From NCBI GenBank assembly GCA_012295275.1, contig CM022674.1, positions 7,750,001-7,814,000 on the forward strand: a stretch of DNA of 64,000 bases, given 5' to 3'. The stretch comes from Chrysomallon squamiferum. Its lineage: Eukaryota; Animalia; Mollusca. The notes under the pieces were generated by a model that was not told the origin of the DNA, searched no databases, and worked only from the letters and a program-made list of their open reading frames with translations. Position 1 is the stretch's first letter, and each line of letters begins with the position of its first letter. Below are positions 14,901 through 27,542 of the stretch, piece by piece. The position numbers and the translations under genes are program-made.

Positions 14901-15524
14901 ACAGCGGGTAGTGTAATGGGTGGCGCAAATCTCAGTTACCAAGGTGCGCTGACTCGAGAGCTGTATCGAGGAGTACGATCTTACGTCATGCGAGAAGCTG
15001 GTTAAACTTTAATTGATTATTAATTAAAATATTATTTACATTAATTCTCAAGTTATTGTGATTTTGGAGTGCTACTGTCACCACTATTAGGTGAGATCAG
15101 AGAAGGGGCCAGCTGTGTTTATGACTAACAAATAATATGTAATCAATAATAACGAGCAGTGAGAAACGTGGTGAAAGCTGTCCTGTTACTGTGTTTGACT
15201 AGGCGTAGAACTACCGCCATGGTTGGATTAAGATCTTTAGAGGCTCTAAGCACTAAAACAATTTTGGTGCGCCATTGTATGTAAACAATGTAAACAAATA
15301 TAAACAATAATAAATCATAGAATAAATTGTATTTTTCAAAAGGAAACGAAACTTATAGTGAGCTGGAAAATAATGTTTAGTTTTGTGTAGTTCCAATAAA
15401 TTTGTACTTGGAATGTTTTCTCCTATTTTTTTATGTTTTTATTTTTATTTTTTATAAGCAGTGTTTGGTCAGATCCTCAAAACGTATTTACTTATTAATG
15501 TACAACGTTAATCTCTATTATAAG

Positions 15525-15572
<48 letters not shown>

Positions 15573-15997
15573 TTTATTTCATTTCTTATGGAAATCCCTA
15601 TCTGTGGTCCCTGGTTCAGCGGCAGCATTTTCACAAAATGATTGTTGGTAAATTTAACTTGATGCCCTAAATACGTGACTATTTTACTCAGTGGTTTATT
15701 AATTACAGTAGTATTTAACACTGCAAGGTATTGGAAATAGGTATAATAATGGTTACGCGCAACAAATTAAATAAGTAAAACTGAATAATAAAAGATTTAA
15801 CTTTTCTTTTTTCTTCTTCTTCTTTTTTTAAATACTTATCATTTGATCATTACCAGCAAAACTATGCGTATGAATTAAAATCATCTCAGCGACATGCACA
15901 CTCACACACACACACACACAACACAAAGACACACAGAGAGAGATTTTTTCACTCCAAAACTATTCCATTTAATTCTTTTTAAAAGAAACTTAGAGTG

Positions 15998-18900
15998 ATG
16001 TCGGTAGGAACACGTGTAGTTCGAGGTCCAGACTGGGCTGGTAAAGGGAAAGATGGTGGCGAAGGTGGTCTTGGAACAGTTGTGAAAGAGGATGTCGCTA
16101 ATGGCAAGGTGAAGGTCATATGGGACATAGGTCACGAAGGTCATTATCGTGCTGGATATGATGGACGATACGAACTTAGAATATATGATAACGCACCGTC
16201 AGGTAAAATATTTAGAAAATATAAATATAAAAAGGTGTTTAGTACAGAATATTGCAGCAGTGTATTTCCTGTTTTAAAAAAAAGAACTTGGAAAAAGAAA
16301 TTCATAATTCTGCTGTCAAAGAAATCCTAGCATTCAAATATTAACATGAAACATTTGTAGTTCACAAACGTTCTTTTCCCATGAACAACAGTGATAAGCA
16401 ATAATAAAATGATACTTTCAGGTGCGAGATTATTCATTTATTTCATTAAATGTTGACTGCAATATTACTGGGTTTTTTTACCTCATCAATACCCTGGCTA
16501 ATTCTTTGTTTTGTATCAGGTCTATGGTTGTATTGCCATCTTTGTTTTTTATTGTGAGATTTGCTCCTTGATCAGCCAGCATGTAAAGAATATCAATAGA
16601 TGTATCATCTTCTTCTGTTATCTCATTCACATTTTGGATAAAAATGTCCTGAAATGAACAAGACAACATCATATAAATTTATTATTGTTTTAATGATGTT
16701 ACTGTTTTAATGTATATCTCAGGCGCTACAAATACATGGTTTATTAAAATTCATTATACTTCCAAGTAATTATTTTATTATCATCATTCATAAATTTTGC
16801 GATAGTAAAAATAACTAATAATATTACAAGACATATATAATAGACACTGTCCAACTTACATTGATACTGTAGTTTTATGACATTAGTAGAAACTTTACCT
16901 ATCGCTGTTGTTGTTAAAAACGAACACAATCATCACCGTTATCATTTTATTCTTTTAAGAAGTGTTTCTATATTTTCTTAAATTAGTCATCTTATGTCAG
17001 AGTTTATTGTCAAAGTTATGTTTTGCACTGTACTGAAACTGAAAATGTTTTTATTTGGAAAAAAACCTACTAAGATTTTTTGAGGCACATTCTTGTTGCG
17101 GGAATATAGACTAGTGCATTTTAGTAACTATACGCATATAATATTTCACTTGATTTATTATCAGTCTTTCCATATTTCATCCATGTACCATGCCATTCGC
17201 TCTAGAGTTATCCCTCATCTCTACTAACAGAACACCACAGCTCTGATATATTATACCTTGTTTTACTAACATTTTATAGACTTTAAACTGTAGTGTCAGG
17301 AACTTTTAATTATTTGGCAAGTGTTTTTAGATTGCTAAAACATGTTTTGACAAAACGCAATCTCTCAACCATGAAAATCATGCGGAAATACAGCATCAGT
17401 TATGTCCCTTCTATAGATGTCGTCTGTCACTAGTGTCCGAATTCAGAACCAAAATCTAATTATCTCTAAAAAATAAATAAATAAATAAATAAATAGAATC
17501 AAGAATATTAAAGAAAACCAAAGCAAAAATGTAATTTTATTTTCTACAAAGGGAAACAATCTTGGAGTAATTATTTTCTCGCTAATAAATGATTAATTTG
17601 TAGTTATAAATAACCATAATGATAATCTAAGACTAATCATACTATACTTAGTGTAACTAGTTTTTGCATGTCTGACACTGTGACAGATTATATCAACATT
17701 TATCATCTTTAGAACGTAATGATTATTTATTGTTATTATTATTATAATCATCATCATCATCAACTCACAAGAACAATATTATGTAATTTTTAGGTTGTGT
17801 TCATAATCATATTATATGTGATGTTTGCAAAATGGATCCAATAGAAGGTATGCGATGGAAGTGTGCTACCTGCAGTAACTTCGACCTTTGCACTCTGTGT
17901 TACATGAGTGGAAAACATGATCTTAGTCATCCTTTCCTTCTCCATCAAACACAGGCATCTACACTGTAAGTCATCAAACCTGAGATTACATGAATAAAAC
18001 AACAAAGAAAAAAATATATATATATATAAAAATAATAAAATTTAAAAACAAAAAGTAAAAAGGCCTTTTACTATTAACAGTTTTGTATATTTATTTTATT
18101 TTGAATTTAAAACCAGTTTATCTTCACAAATGATTTTAAAAGGGAATGTATTAGTGCTTAAAAATGTTCATTTCTCTTAGAGTTCCTATTGATTCAAGAA
18201 AGATGCTAAAACCAGAAACTGTGCATGGAATTTTACCAGGTGCTAGTGTTAAGAGAGGGTTACACTGGAAGTGGAGTAATCAGGATGGTAAGTATTTTCT
18301 CAGTAAAGAGTTCACAGTGAGGTCAGTAGTGTACTTCTTACTATGTTAAAATACATTTATGGTTAAAATGGAAAATTAGAAGAATTTACACCAAGGAGTT
18401 TAGTAATTTTATACAATCATAAAATTTATTTTTTAAATCTTTGTGTTATTATTTATCAATATACTGTATTTAAATGGTGTTTTATTTCAGTAACTATGTG
18501 ATAAAATTAATGATATGTTCCTCTGTATTTAATAATGTGATATCTTTTGAAGTTTTTTATTTTTATTAATATATAATAAAAGGAAACAATCTGACAAATA
18601 TTACAAATAAAAGTTAAGAACATTTCAGTGAAATTGTAGAAAGAAAAATATTCATTCATACAAGGGACAATCTGTGTCACACCTGATTTTTAAAATCATA
18701 AATATTGAGCTCACTCAGTAATATAATCATGGATCAAAATGGACAACTTTTTTCATTTAACCTGTTCCTTTGACAGGTGACAAATATATTTTTCATGTTT
18801 AATAAATTATGAAATCTGAATTCTTTCCCCTACAATAATTGTGACAATAAGCATCACACTATTTTGTAATCATAAAGGTAATTAATTATACTGATTTCAT

Positions 18901-21613
18901 TTAAGTTCCTTTAACAAATATATTTTTCTGTTTAGAAAATTATGAAAAGTGAATTCTTCAAATTTAGGTGGCAGTAAAGGAGCCGGTGATGTCATACGTT
19001 TAGTAAAGTGGTGAAAAATAGTTATAGAGGTGGTGTTAATGTTAAATGGCAGAATGATTCAGAGAATATCTACAGATACAGATGTGGAGCAGAAGGTTGT
19101 ATGGATCTCATTCTGATTGCTGAAACACAACGCACGTATTACTTTCCACAGCATCTTCCTGTGTTAGGTGTGTTTCTTAAACTACCAGCAAATACATAAC
19201 AACTATACTAACAAATAATATCAAAGTGATGAATTAACAAACTAATCTGCATAAACCTGTTACTCATACAAAGTTTTAATAATTTTAGTTAATTATAAAA
19301 GAAGCAGTAATAGATGTACCACAGAAACTTGTAATAGTTTTTGACTTTTATTTTAATATCATTTTTTTTACTTTGATTAAATAATAATAGTAATGATGAT
19401 AATATTATGATGATGATGATAATGATGAAGATAAAATATTAACTAATGTAGTTTATGGGTTTAGATGTGAGAAGCCAGTCAGAATGTCAGCTGAAACCTG
19501 GAGACAAGGTACAAGTGGATATAGATGCCAAAATGGTGAAGAAAATTTTGTCAGAAACTAAAAGAATGTGGAATGAAAAGATATCTGATGTTTGTATTTA
19601 TTTACTTTAATTAACTATAACATAAATGTAATTTATTCATTACATATAATACATCATGGAAAAAAGATATCTTTCTATCTGTATATATGAAATTATGCAA
19701 GTACCTTTCTTCTGCACTCAATTGTGTTTTGTCATTCAAATAAACAATTTTCATGCTTTAAATTTAATAATGACTGTGTGTTTCTGACTAAGGATAAGAA
19801 GAACAACTTTTTTTGTTCTATTTTATTGAATCTATTTACTGTTAATTTTTAATTTTATTTATTTATTTATTGATATTTTAAGTATTTGCTAATGCTTGGA
19901 ACAGTCACTGAAATAGAAGGCTCAAGAATAGCAAAAGTTCAGTATGAGGATGCACAGTCATGGTATTTCTTTAGATCAATGTTAACTAAGGTAATCTATT
20001 ATTTACTTAATTTAAAATGTACATACCTTTGTTTTGTTTCTTTTTTATATATAATTAAAGAAATATTTATATAGTCTTTATTTAATTTCGAAATGTATCT
20101 CTTTAATGTTTTTTCTTCATTTTTATTTGACAAAGTATCTTCTATTTATGGTCTTTTCTTTATTTTTAGTTTAAAAGTATCTATTTGTAACCTTTTTTTA
20201 TTTATGTTGTTTTATTTATTTTTCTGTAAAGAAATTCCATTTTATATTGTTCTATTTATTTTTTAGAAGTATCTTATTTATTTTTCTAAATTTTAAAGGA
20301 ATGTCTACAGATATCTAAATATTCTATATATATTTTTAATATAATTTATGTTTTCTTTTTTTTTTCTTTACTATGAACTAAGAAATATTTATGTGTTTCA
20401 CATCAACTATTTTCACTTTTTTCAGATTCACTCATTTTCTGTTGGTGAGACTGTTCAAATTCTCGAAAACATCATTTTCTTCAGGAGCTGTGAGACTGTT
20501 CAAATTCTGGAAAACATCAATGCTTTAATTCAGGAGCTTCAGATTGTTTTGAAAGGACATTTTGTGGCTGGAATGATGAAATGGCAAAATTATACATTTA
20601 TTTTTCAATTATTTTCCCTTAAATTTTTTTCACAATAAATGGTATCAAAATTAATTTAAAATTGTTTTATGTTTTGCTTCTGAAAAACCAACCATCACAT
20701 AACACAGTCACAACATCTATAACCTAACTAGGTTGCATGAGTTACTTTTCTTACTTAACATAATTATTAATGTGGATTTGATGCCAGGCTCTTGGTGAGT
20801 TAGGAATCATTGAGGCTGTTGATGATGATGGTGACCTGACAGTCAAAGTAGGAGAACAGCAGTGGATGTTTAGTCCTGTGTGTTGTCAGTATGTAGAGTC
20901 AGCTGATGATAATGAATGAAAATTTCCAAAACGCCAGGTATCGGAGACACAAATGGAAATAATTTCTGGTGGTAAGTAAAACTGTTCATTTGTATTATTA
21001 GTAACAGATTCTTCATTTTAAAACAGAACTGTTCAAGAGACTTACAGTAAGTAGCATCTGATGTAAAACAGTTCTGCTGGAAATATGGGATGTCATATAT
21101 AGATTGTTAACTAAAAACAATATCCAACAAAGTTTATCAGTCTGCCAAGGTATCATCATCAAATAGCCTGGATCCACAACAAAAAACCCTGCTTACTATA
21201 ATTATGATGAACAGGTACTTCTTATTAGGTTCTGATGTACAAAGAATTAGACAAATTCTTATCTCAGTATTCTGATCATTACTCTGGTTAATTTATACCA
21301 AAGTTATAAATGTATTTTTTTATGTTTTATTTTTATATTTTGTTAATATAATTTTGTTTGTGTGAAAAAACATTAATGTGATTAAAATAAGTAATGAATA
21401 TGATTATATTTTTCTAGGTTTATGTTCAGGGTGAGAGTACTTGTTGGAAAATGTACAAAAGGTGAAAAAGGAATGAAAAAACCACCACCTGTTGACCAAT
21501 CTGTGCCCGATGAACTCTATGACAGTGTCGTCAATAAGATAGACGAAACTAAGATATTTGTAATTTTTGACAATGCCCAGTGCTATGCAGAATACTTAAT
21601 TGAGTACTATTAA
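15998..21613 (+). pseudogene. Copy B of the MIB-ANK-PARP gene, internally deleted. Exons 15998-16202 (MIB/HERC2), 17794-17965 (ZZ), 18181-18287 and 18968-19167 (MIB/HERC2-2), 19465-19589, 19883-19990, ~20426-20590, 20788-20971 (REP), then orphan last PARP exon 21418-21613
   Basis: Homologous to copy C exons 1-8 and 19. Frameshift with TGA near 19012, a garbled internally duplicated exon 7 lacking its donor, a TCA>TGA stop at 20917-20919, and exons 9-18 missing (junction ~21308). Confidence 0.85.
16232..16896 (-). pseudogene. Inverted fragment containing the last ankyrin exon plus flanking introns, inserted in the first coding intron of copy B
   Basis: Reverse complement of ~7853-8521; ORF 16478-16672(-) DIFIQNVNEITEEDDTSIDILYMLADQGANLTIKNKDGNTTIDL; absent from the equivalent copy C intron. 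Confidence 0.9.
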
Positions 21614-24011
21614 ACTGTTCACAAAAATGACAGCTAGACATGACATATGTGTTTGAACTCTTGGTTATAATACATTTGTGATGAAAGTAGTCTAAATATA
21701 AGGTGTTGTTAACTTACATTTCATTAAAGACATTAATAAAATAGATTACTAAAATGAAAAGTGATACAAAATCAATATCAGTGTGATATTCAAAGTTAAC
21801 AGTCAGTAATGAAAATTAATTTTATTAAGACAATTTTATTAATGACTGTGGTGCAGTTGTAATAATTTATATTTTAAATCTGTAGTTTTAAATGGAAACA
21901 AAAATTTTCAACCAGTTATTAAAGTTTTTCACTTAAAGTAATATTTAGAAATTATATTTTCTAAAACTAATTACACTGTAGTTCAGAATTATTTGAACAT
22001 GTAATATCAAAATTGGAATTATTTACGCACACAAATATTTTATATTGAAAAACTATATATAATTTGAAAGTATTAGTAGCTAATAACTGATATGACAACT
22101 GTTAAACTGCATGATTCAAATGTATCATAAGATAATAACTGCTACCACTGCTGTAACTACGATTCAAATGTCTCATAAAATAATAACTGCTACATCTGCT
22201 GTAACTACATGATTCAAATGTCTCATAAAGTAATAACTACTACATCTGCTGTAACTACTTGATTGAAATGTCTCATAAAGTAATAACTGCTACATCTGCT
22301 GTAACTACGTGATTCAAATGTATCATAAAATAATAACTACTACCACTGCTGTAACTACTTGATTCAAATGTCTCATAAAATAATAACTGCTACCATGCTG
22401 TAACTACGTGATTCAAATGTCTCATAAGATGATAGTTGAAGCCATAGTTAAAACTGCATGATCCTTTTCTACTAGACTTGAATCTTATTCAGTATAAAAT
22501 ATTGCTTATTTACTTTGTTTTCTTTTCATAAGAATTTTATCTGTATTTTATATTCTTTACTTTTTTTATAGGAATATTATATAATCTTAATAACTTGTAC
22601 TAATATTATTATTTACGGTTGAACAATATTGCAGATAATATGTAGAATTAACTCTGGCAGTTGTAACACTTCTAGTAACTGTGAATTATAATAAACAAAT
22701 AAAATTAAAGTTGTGGCATTCTTTGCAATGGTTTTGTTGTTATTTCATGGGTAACATTATTACTCCTATTTTCTTTAATATTTTATTAACATTTTACTAT
22801 TATTATTATTAAATCTATTTTCCATTATTTATTATTTTATTTTCGTGCTTCTATTTTGTAAAATTTAAAATTTATTTTCCATTATTTATTATTTTATTTT
22901 GTTGCGTCTATTTTGTAAAATTTAAATTTTATTTTACATTATTTATTATTTTATTTTGTTGCGTCTATTTTGTAAAATTTAAATTTTGTTTTACATGATT
23001 TTATTTTCGTGCGTCTATTTTATTGTTTTTAAATGTTATTTTACATTATTTATTGTTTTATTTTCGTGCATCTGTTTTGTTCAATTTAAATGCTATATGT
23101 TTCTATATAGATGACTTATACATCAAAAGAAGTAACATATGATAACAGTAGGACAAAAAAAGGAAAAGCGATATTGCGAATCATTGCCTTGCAAGGTGAA
23201 AAACTCTATTTTAGTTTCCAGGATATTCAGGTAATTAAACACCTGTTATAGAAACAGTATATATCAGTGAGTAAATTGGGCGATTAATAATATTAAATGA
23301 AGAAGAAAAAAAGTATAATAAAAACAAATTGTCACAATATTTAGTATCACTTATACAATAAATTACAAAGCAAGTAGTAGGCTAGAAAGAGTTTAGGGAA
23401 TGCGTGAAAGAAGAATTCTTAAAAGTCCTTTAGAACAAAAAAAAAAAAAAAAAAAAAAAAATGTTTTAACCTTTATTATTATTTTTATTATTTATTTATT
23501 TATTTAATATATAATGTTATATAGCTTCATACTATCTGCTTTCCTGTTAATAAAATACTAAAGATTATTTATTTGAAGGATATGAAAATAATCTAGGCTC
23601 GTTTCAGTATATCTTATATTTCTACACATTAAAACAAAAGGAAAACAAAATAAACGTGCACTGTACATAGTCAAATTAAGATAGTAGCTTTCTCATTTTC
23701 CAATTTTTCTACTGCAGATAATCATGTGAAATGATGAAGACAAACTAAATGGTCACATATCCGTCATGTTTCGCTGATTATATATAAAAATAAAGGAATG
23801 ATTTGTTCGGTTCAGTGCTTTCAGCTGAGTTTTCGTTTATTTCTGAACAAAAGTGTATCACTGTTTTATTATTCATTTTTGCCCTGTACTTTGTAAGTAA
23901 TGGTGTCTGTGTGGTCTGAGAGATTTTATAAATTTACTCTAGTGTATTAATAAGTTCCTTTCCGGTTTATGTGAAGCAGGTAATTGTCTGATCTTCATAA
24001 TGACTCACATA

Positions 24012-24086
<75 letters not shown>

Positions 24087-24411
24087 TCTCTTTGGGATTA
24101 TTATAAAGTGGTACAAATTGCAGTTTTGTAACATACATTATTATGCTTTATAAAAATAAAAAATAAATATCAGGAAAACACGAATAATAAAACTTTCCTT
24201 TCACAAAAGTCAAAAGAGTTATAACTCTTTAATGATTTTAAAGGATTTCGGAAATTGATACATTCTGTGCAAATATATTTTCTATTTATTTATTCAAACA
24301 ATATTTTATTAGGATGTGCGATTCGAACCATCTTCAAATGTAATTCGCCACAGTCTCGAATGCACCCTAACTATGAGCCTGCAAATTATTTAAATTATTA
24401 CATTCATATAA

Positions 24412-24502
<91 letters not shown>

Positions 24503-25385
24503 AACGCACACACAAACAAACACACTTATTTCTGATATTGATAGGACTTCAAATTTTCCATTCATACAGTTTTTATACAGATAAAACGTCAAATAGAGAA
24601 TAAATCAAGCGTTTAAAAGTCAATAAAAATAGGTCAAAACAGTACTTCGGATGAACAGACGCGCTTCTCAAAATATACTATAACTATTGTAAATCTTTCC
24701 GACATTCCTTTATCAGACGACACCGGTATGTTGAAATAGCTACAAAGTCTGAGGTGAATGTATAGCCAACGAAACCGAGAACAAGGTAGGAGCTACCGCG
24801 CTCTATATACTTTAAACGTTTTAATTCAAGAAAGGTACTTTTAAAAAAAATAATTATTCACATTTTAAAGACTGTATAAATGGTTTTAGTTTTACTGTAA
24901 AGTTTAAACATAACGATAATGTGTATTAATTTATAACATTTTACATACCAGGAAGTATTTAAACAAGCATGTAAAATCTTGTCAAAATTTTCTTTCATTT
25001 GTTATTGTTATTGTTGTAGCTATGGTTGTTGTTGTTGTTGTTGTTATTATTATGGTTATTATGATTATGATTATTATTATTATTATTATTATTATCATTA
25101 TTAATTTATTTACTTCTTTTTTTAAATTTTAGTGAAATTAACATAAAATTAACATAAAACTACTTGCTTAAAATGTTCTAATATTTACATAAGTTTAATA
25201 TAAACATAAAATCATCATATATACAAGATTAAATTATTTTATTTTTCGTTGCAAAAAAAAAAAATAATAATAATAAATAATAATAATAAATAAATAAATA
25301 AATAAAAATAAAATCGAAAGGAAAAAAAAAAATGTCGCTGCTTGTTTCTAGCCATTCGTAACTCGTCAGCCAATTTTTAGTTGAG

Positions 25386-25442
<57 letters not shown>

Positions 25443-26522
25443 TATGAAGATTAAACATTTATTAGAATATTGCGTATTATACAAGCTGTACCGGTGTATG
25501 ATGTCCAAACACAGTCGATAGTAATAGGATACGTCACTATGTCAAAAAGCCTACTAAGACTGAAGTAAAGGAAAATTAATAATTATGGCGCAAGTGGCGC
25601 GAGAACAGCCATAAGAGTATCACGCTGGAAGGAAAACCAGTCTTACCCAAGTAATATTTAACATTTCTGTTTTAATCTATGTGTTTTATTTTTAATTATT
25701 TAAACTTTGTTAATTTACTATACACTATTTAATTATTATAATCAATTATAAAATTAAAGCTAAATTTCGAAAGTTATACAGTTTTAAGTTTCGAAATCAA
25801 CAATTAAGCTTGAAATCAACAATTAAGATTGAAATCAACAATAAAAATAAATTTTATTCATTTTTCACTCAGTTTTAAGAGAGGCGAGGACAAAAGCAGC
25901 GGACAGTGTGATGCGTCGAGGAAATCCCTGTTACCAAGGTGCGCTGACGCGAGAGCTCTAATGAGGAGTACGGTCTTGCGTCATGCGAGAAGCTGGTTAA
26001 ACTTTAATTAATAATTAATTAAATATCACTTAAGTTTAGTCCGTTAGTTCTAAAGTTATTATGAGTTTGGTGAGCTACCATCACCACTATTAGGTGAGAT
26101 CAGAGAAGGGGGCAGGTGTGTTTATGATTAACAAATAATACGCGATCAGTAATAACGAGCAGTGAGAAACGTTGGTGAAAGCTACCTGTTACTGTCTTTG
26201 ACTAGACGTAGAACTACCGCCATGATCGGACTAAGATCTTTAGAGGCTCTAAGCACTACAACGATTTTGGTGCAGGTTTGTATGTAACATAAAATATAAA
26301 CAATAATAACATTTATTTTTTGAAACGAAACAAAACTTATAGTAATCTGAAAAATAAAGTTTATTTTGGTGTACTGCCAACTACATTTATACTTGGAACG
26401 TTTTCTCCTATTTTTTTTTTATTTTTATTTTATTTTTTTAAATTCAGTGTTTGCTCAGATCCTCAAAACGTATTTAGTTATTAACGTACATCATTAATCT
26501 CTATCATAATTCTTATTCGTGT

Positions 26523-26578
<56 letters not shown>

Positions 26579-26762
26579 TGTTTGGATGTGTGTGTTATTT
26601 TTTTACATTTCATACGTAAGGTCCTTTCTGCAATCCCTGGTTCAGTGGCACCATTTACACAAAATGACTGTTGGTAAATCAGGCTATGGAAAATTTAACT
26701 TGACGACCTAAACACGTGATTATTTATGCGTAATGGTTAATTAATGACAATATTATGTAACA

Positions 26763-27379
26763 CAGCCTGTACCCTATAACGAACGGTTTTAGCAATGAAT
26801 CTGAGAACCTCATAACGAACGCGGAAGAATATTTCTGAGGAATCAGGGGAGAATGCGAACAAGGAGAAACGGCATGTTATTCCAGCCCAAGTACTGAAAG
26901 ATGTTTTCTGGAGCTGGAATGAACTTTCCAAAATTGTTAAGGAATATCATCCTGATGTTGGTGCTGTAGAAACGAGACTTAATATTTTTAATGAAACAGT
27001 GATGGTCCAGAAATCCTGGATTCCTTCTTTAAAATACCTCCTACAGACGAACTGCCTGTAGGACAATCACCAAACAGCGCTAGGAAGGATGACTTCTCTC
27101 CTTCCACTTCTTCTCAGTAAATATTTCCTCCCTCTCCTCTTCCTTCTCTCCTGCACGCTCAGCAACACTAAGATAAAATAAAGTATTCTTCATTTCACGA
27201 GTTTAAATTTTCGTTTATAACTCATTTTACTATATTATACTACATTTGGCATTCTTAAGAAGGTGTATTTGAGGGTCAACAACGGATTACCCCTCATAAC
27301 AAGTATTTTAATGGACGAGCGAGCCGTATAACGAACGAGACTCCAGAAACAATTAGATTCGTTATAGGGTACCGCACTG
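26763..27379 (+). mobile_element. Non-autonomous Tigger/pogo-type DNA transposon upstream of copy C coding exon 1
   Basis: TIRs CAG..TACCCTATAACGAA and TTCGTTATAGGGTA..CTG followed by TA; internal frame VLKDVFWSWNELSKIVKEYHPDVGAVETRLNIFNETVM resembles a Tigger transposase C-terminus; absent from copy B. Confidence 0.75.
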
Positions 27380-27542
27380 TATGCTGTTGTTTGATCATTT
27401 TATCATTAGTACCAAAAATATGCGTATAAACTAAAATTATAGTCAGTGACACGAACACCCACACACAGCACAAAGACACAGAGACAGAGAATTTCACTGC
27501 AAATGTATTCCATTTAATTCTTTTTACAAACATTGTAGAGTG

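Noticed and set aside
16478-16672. Independent minus-strand ankyrin gene
   Set aside because: A single isolated inverted exon with no other minus-strand exons nearby.
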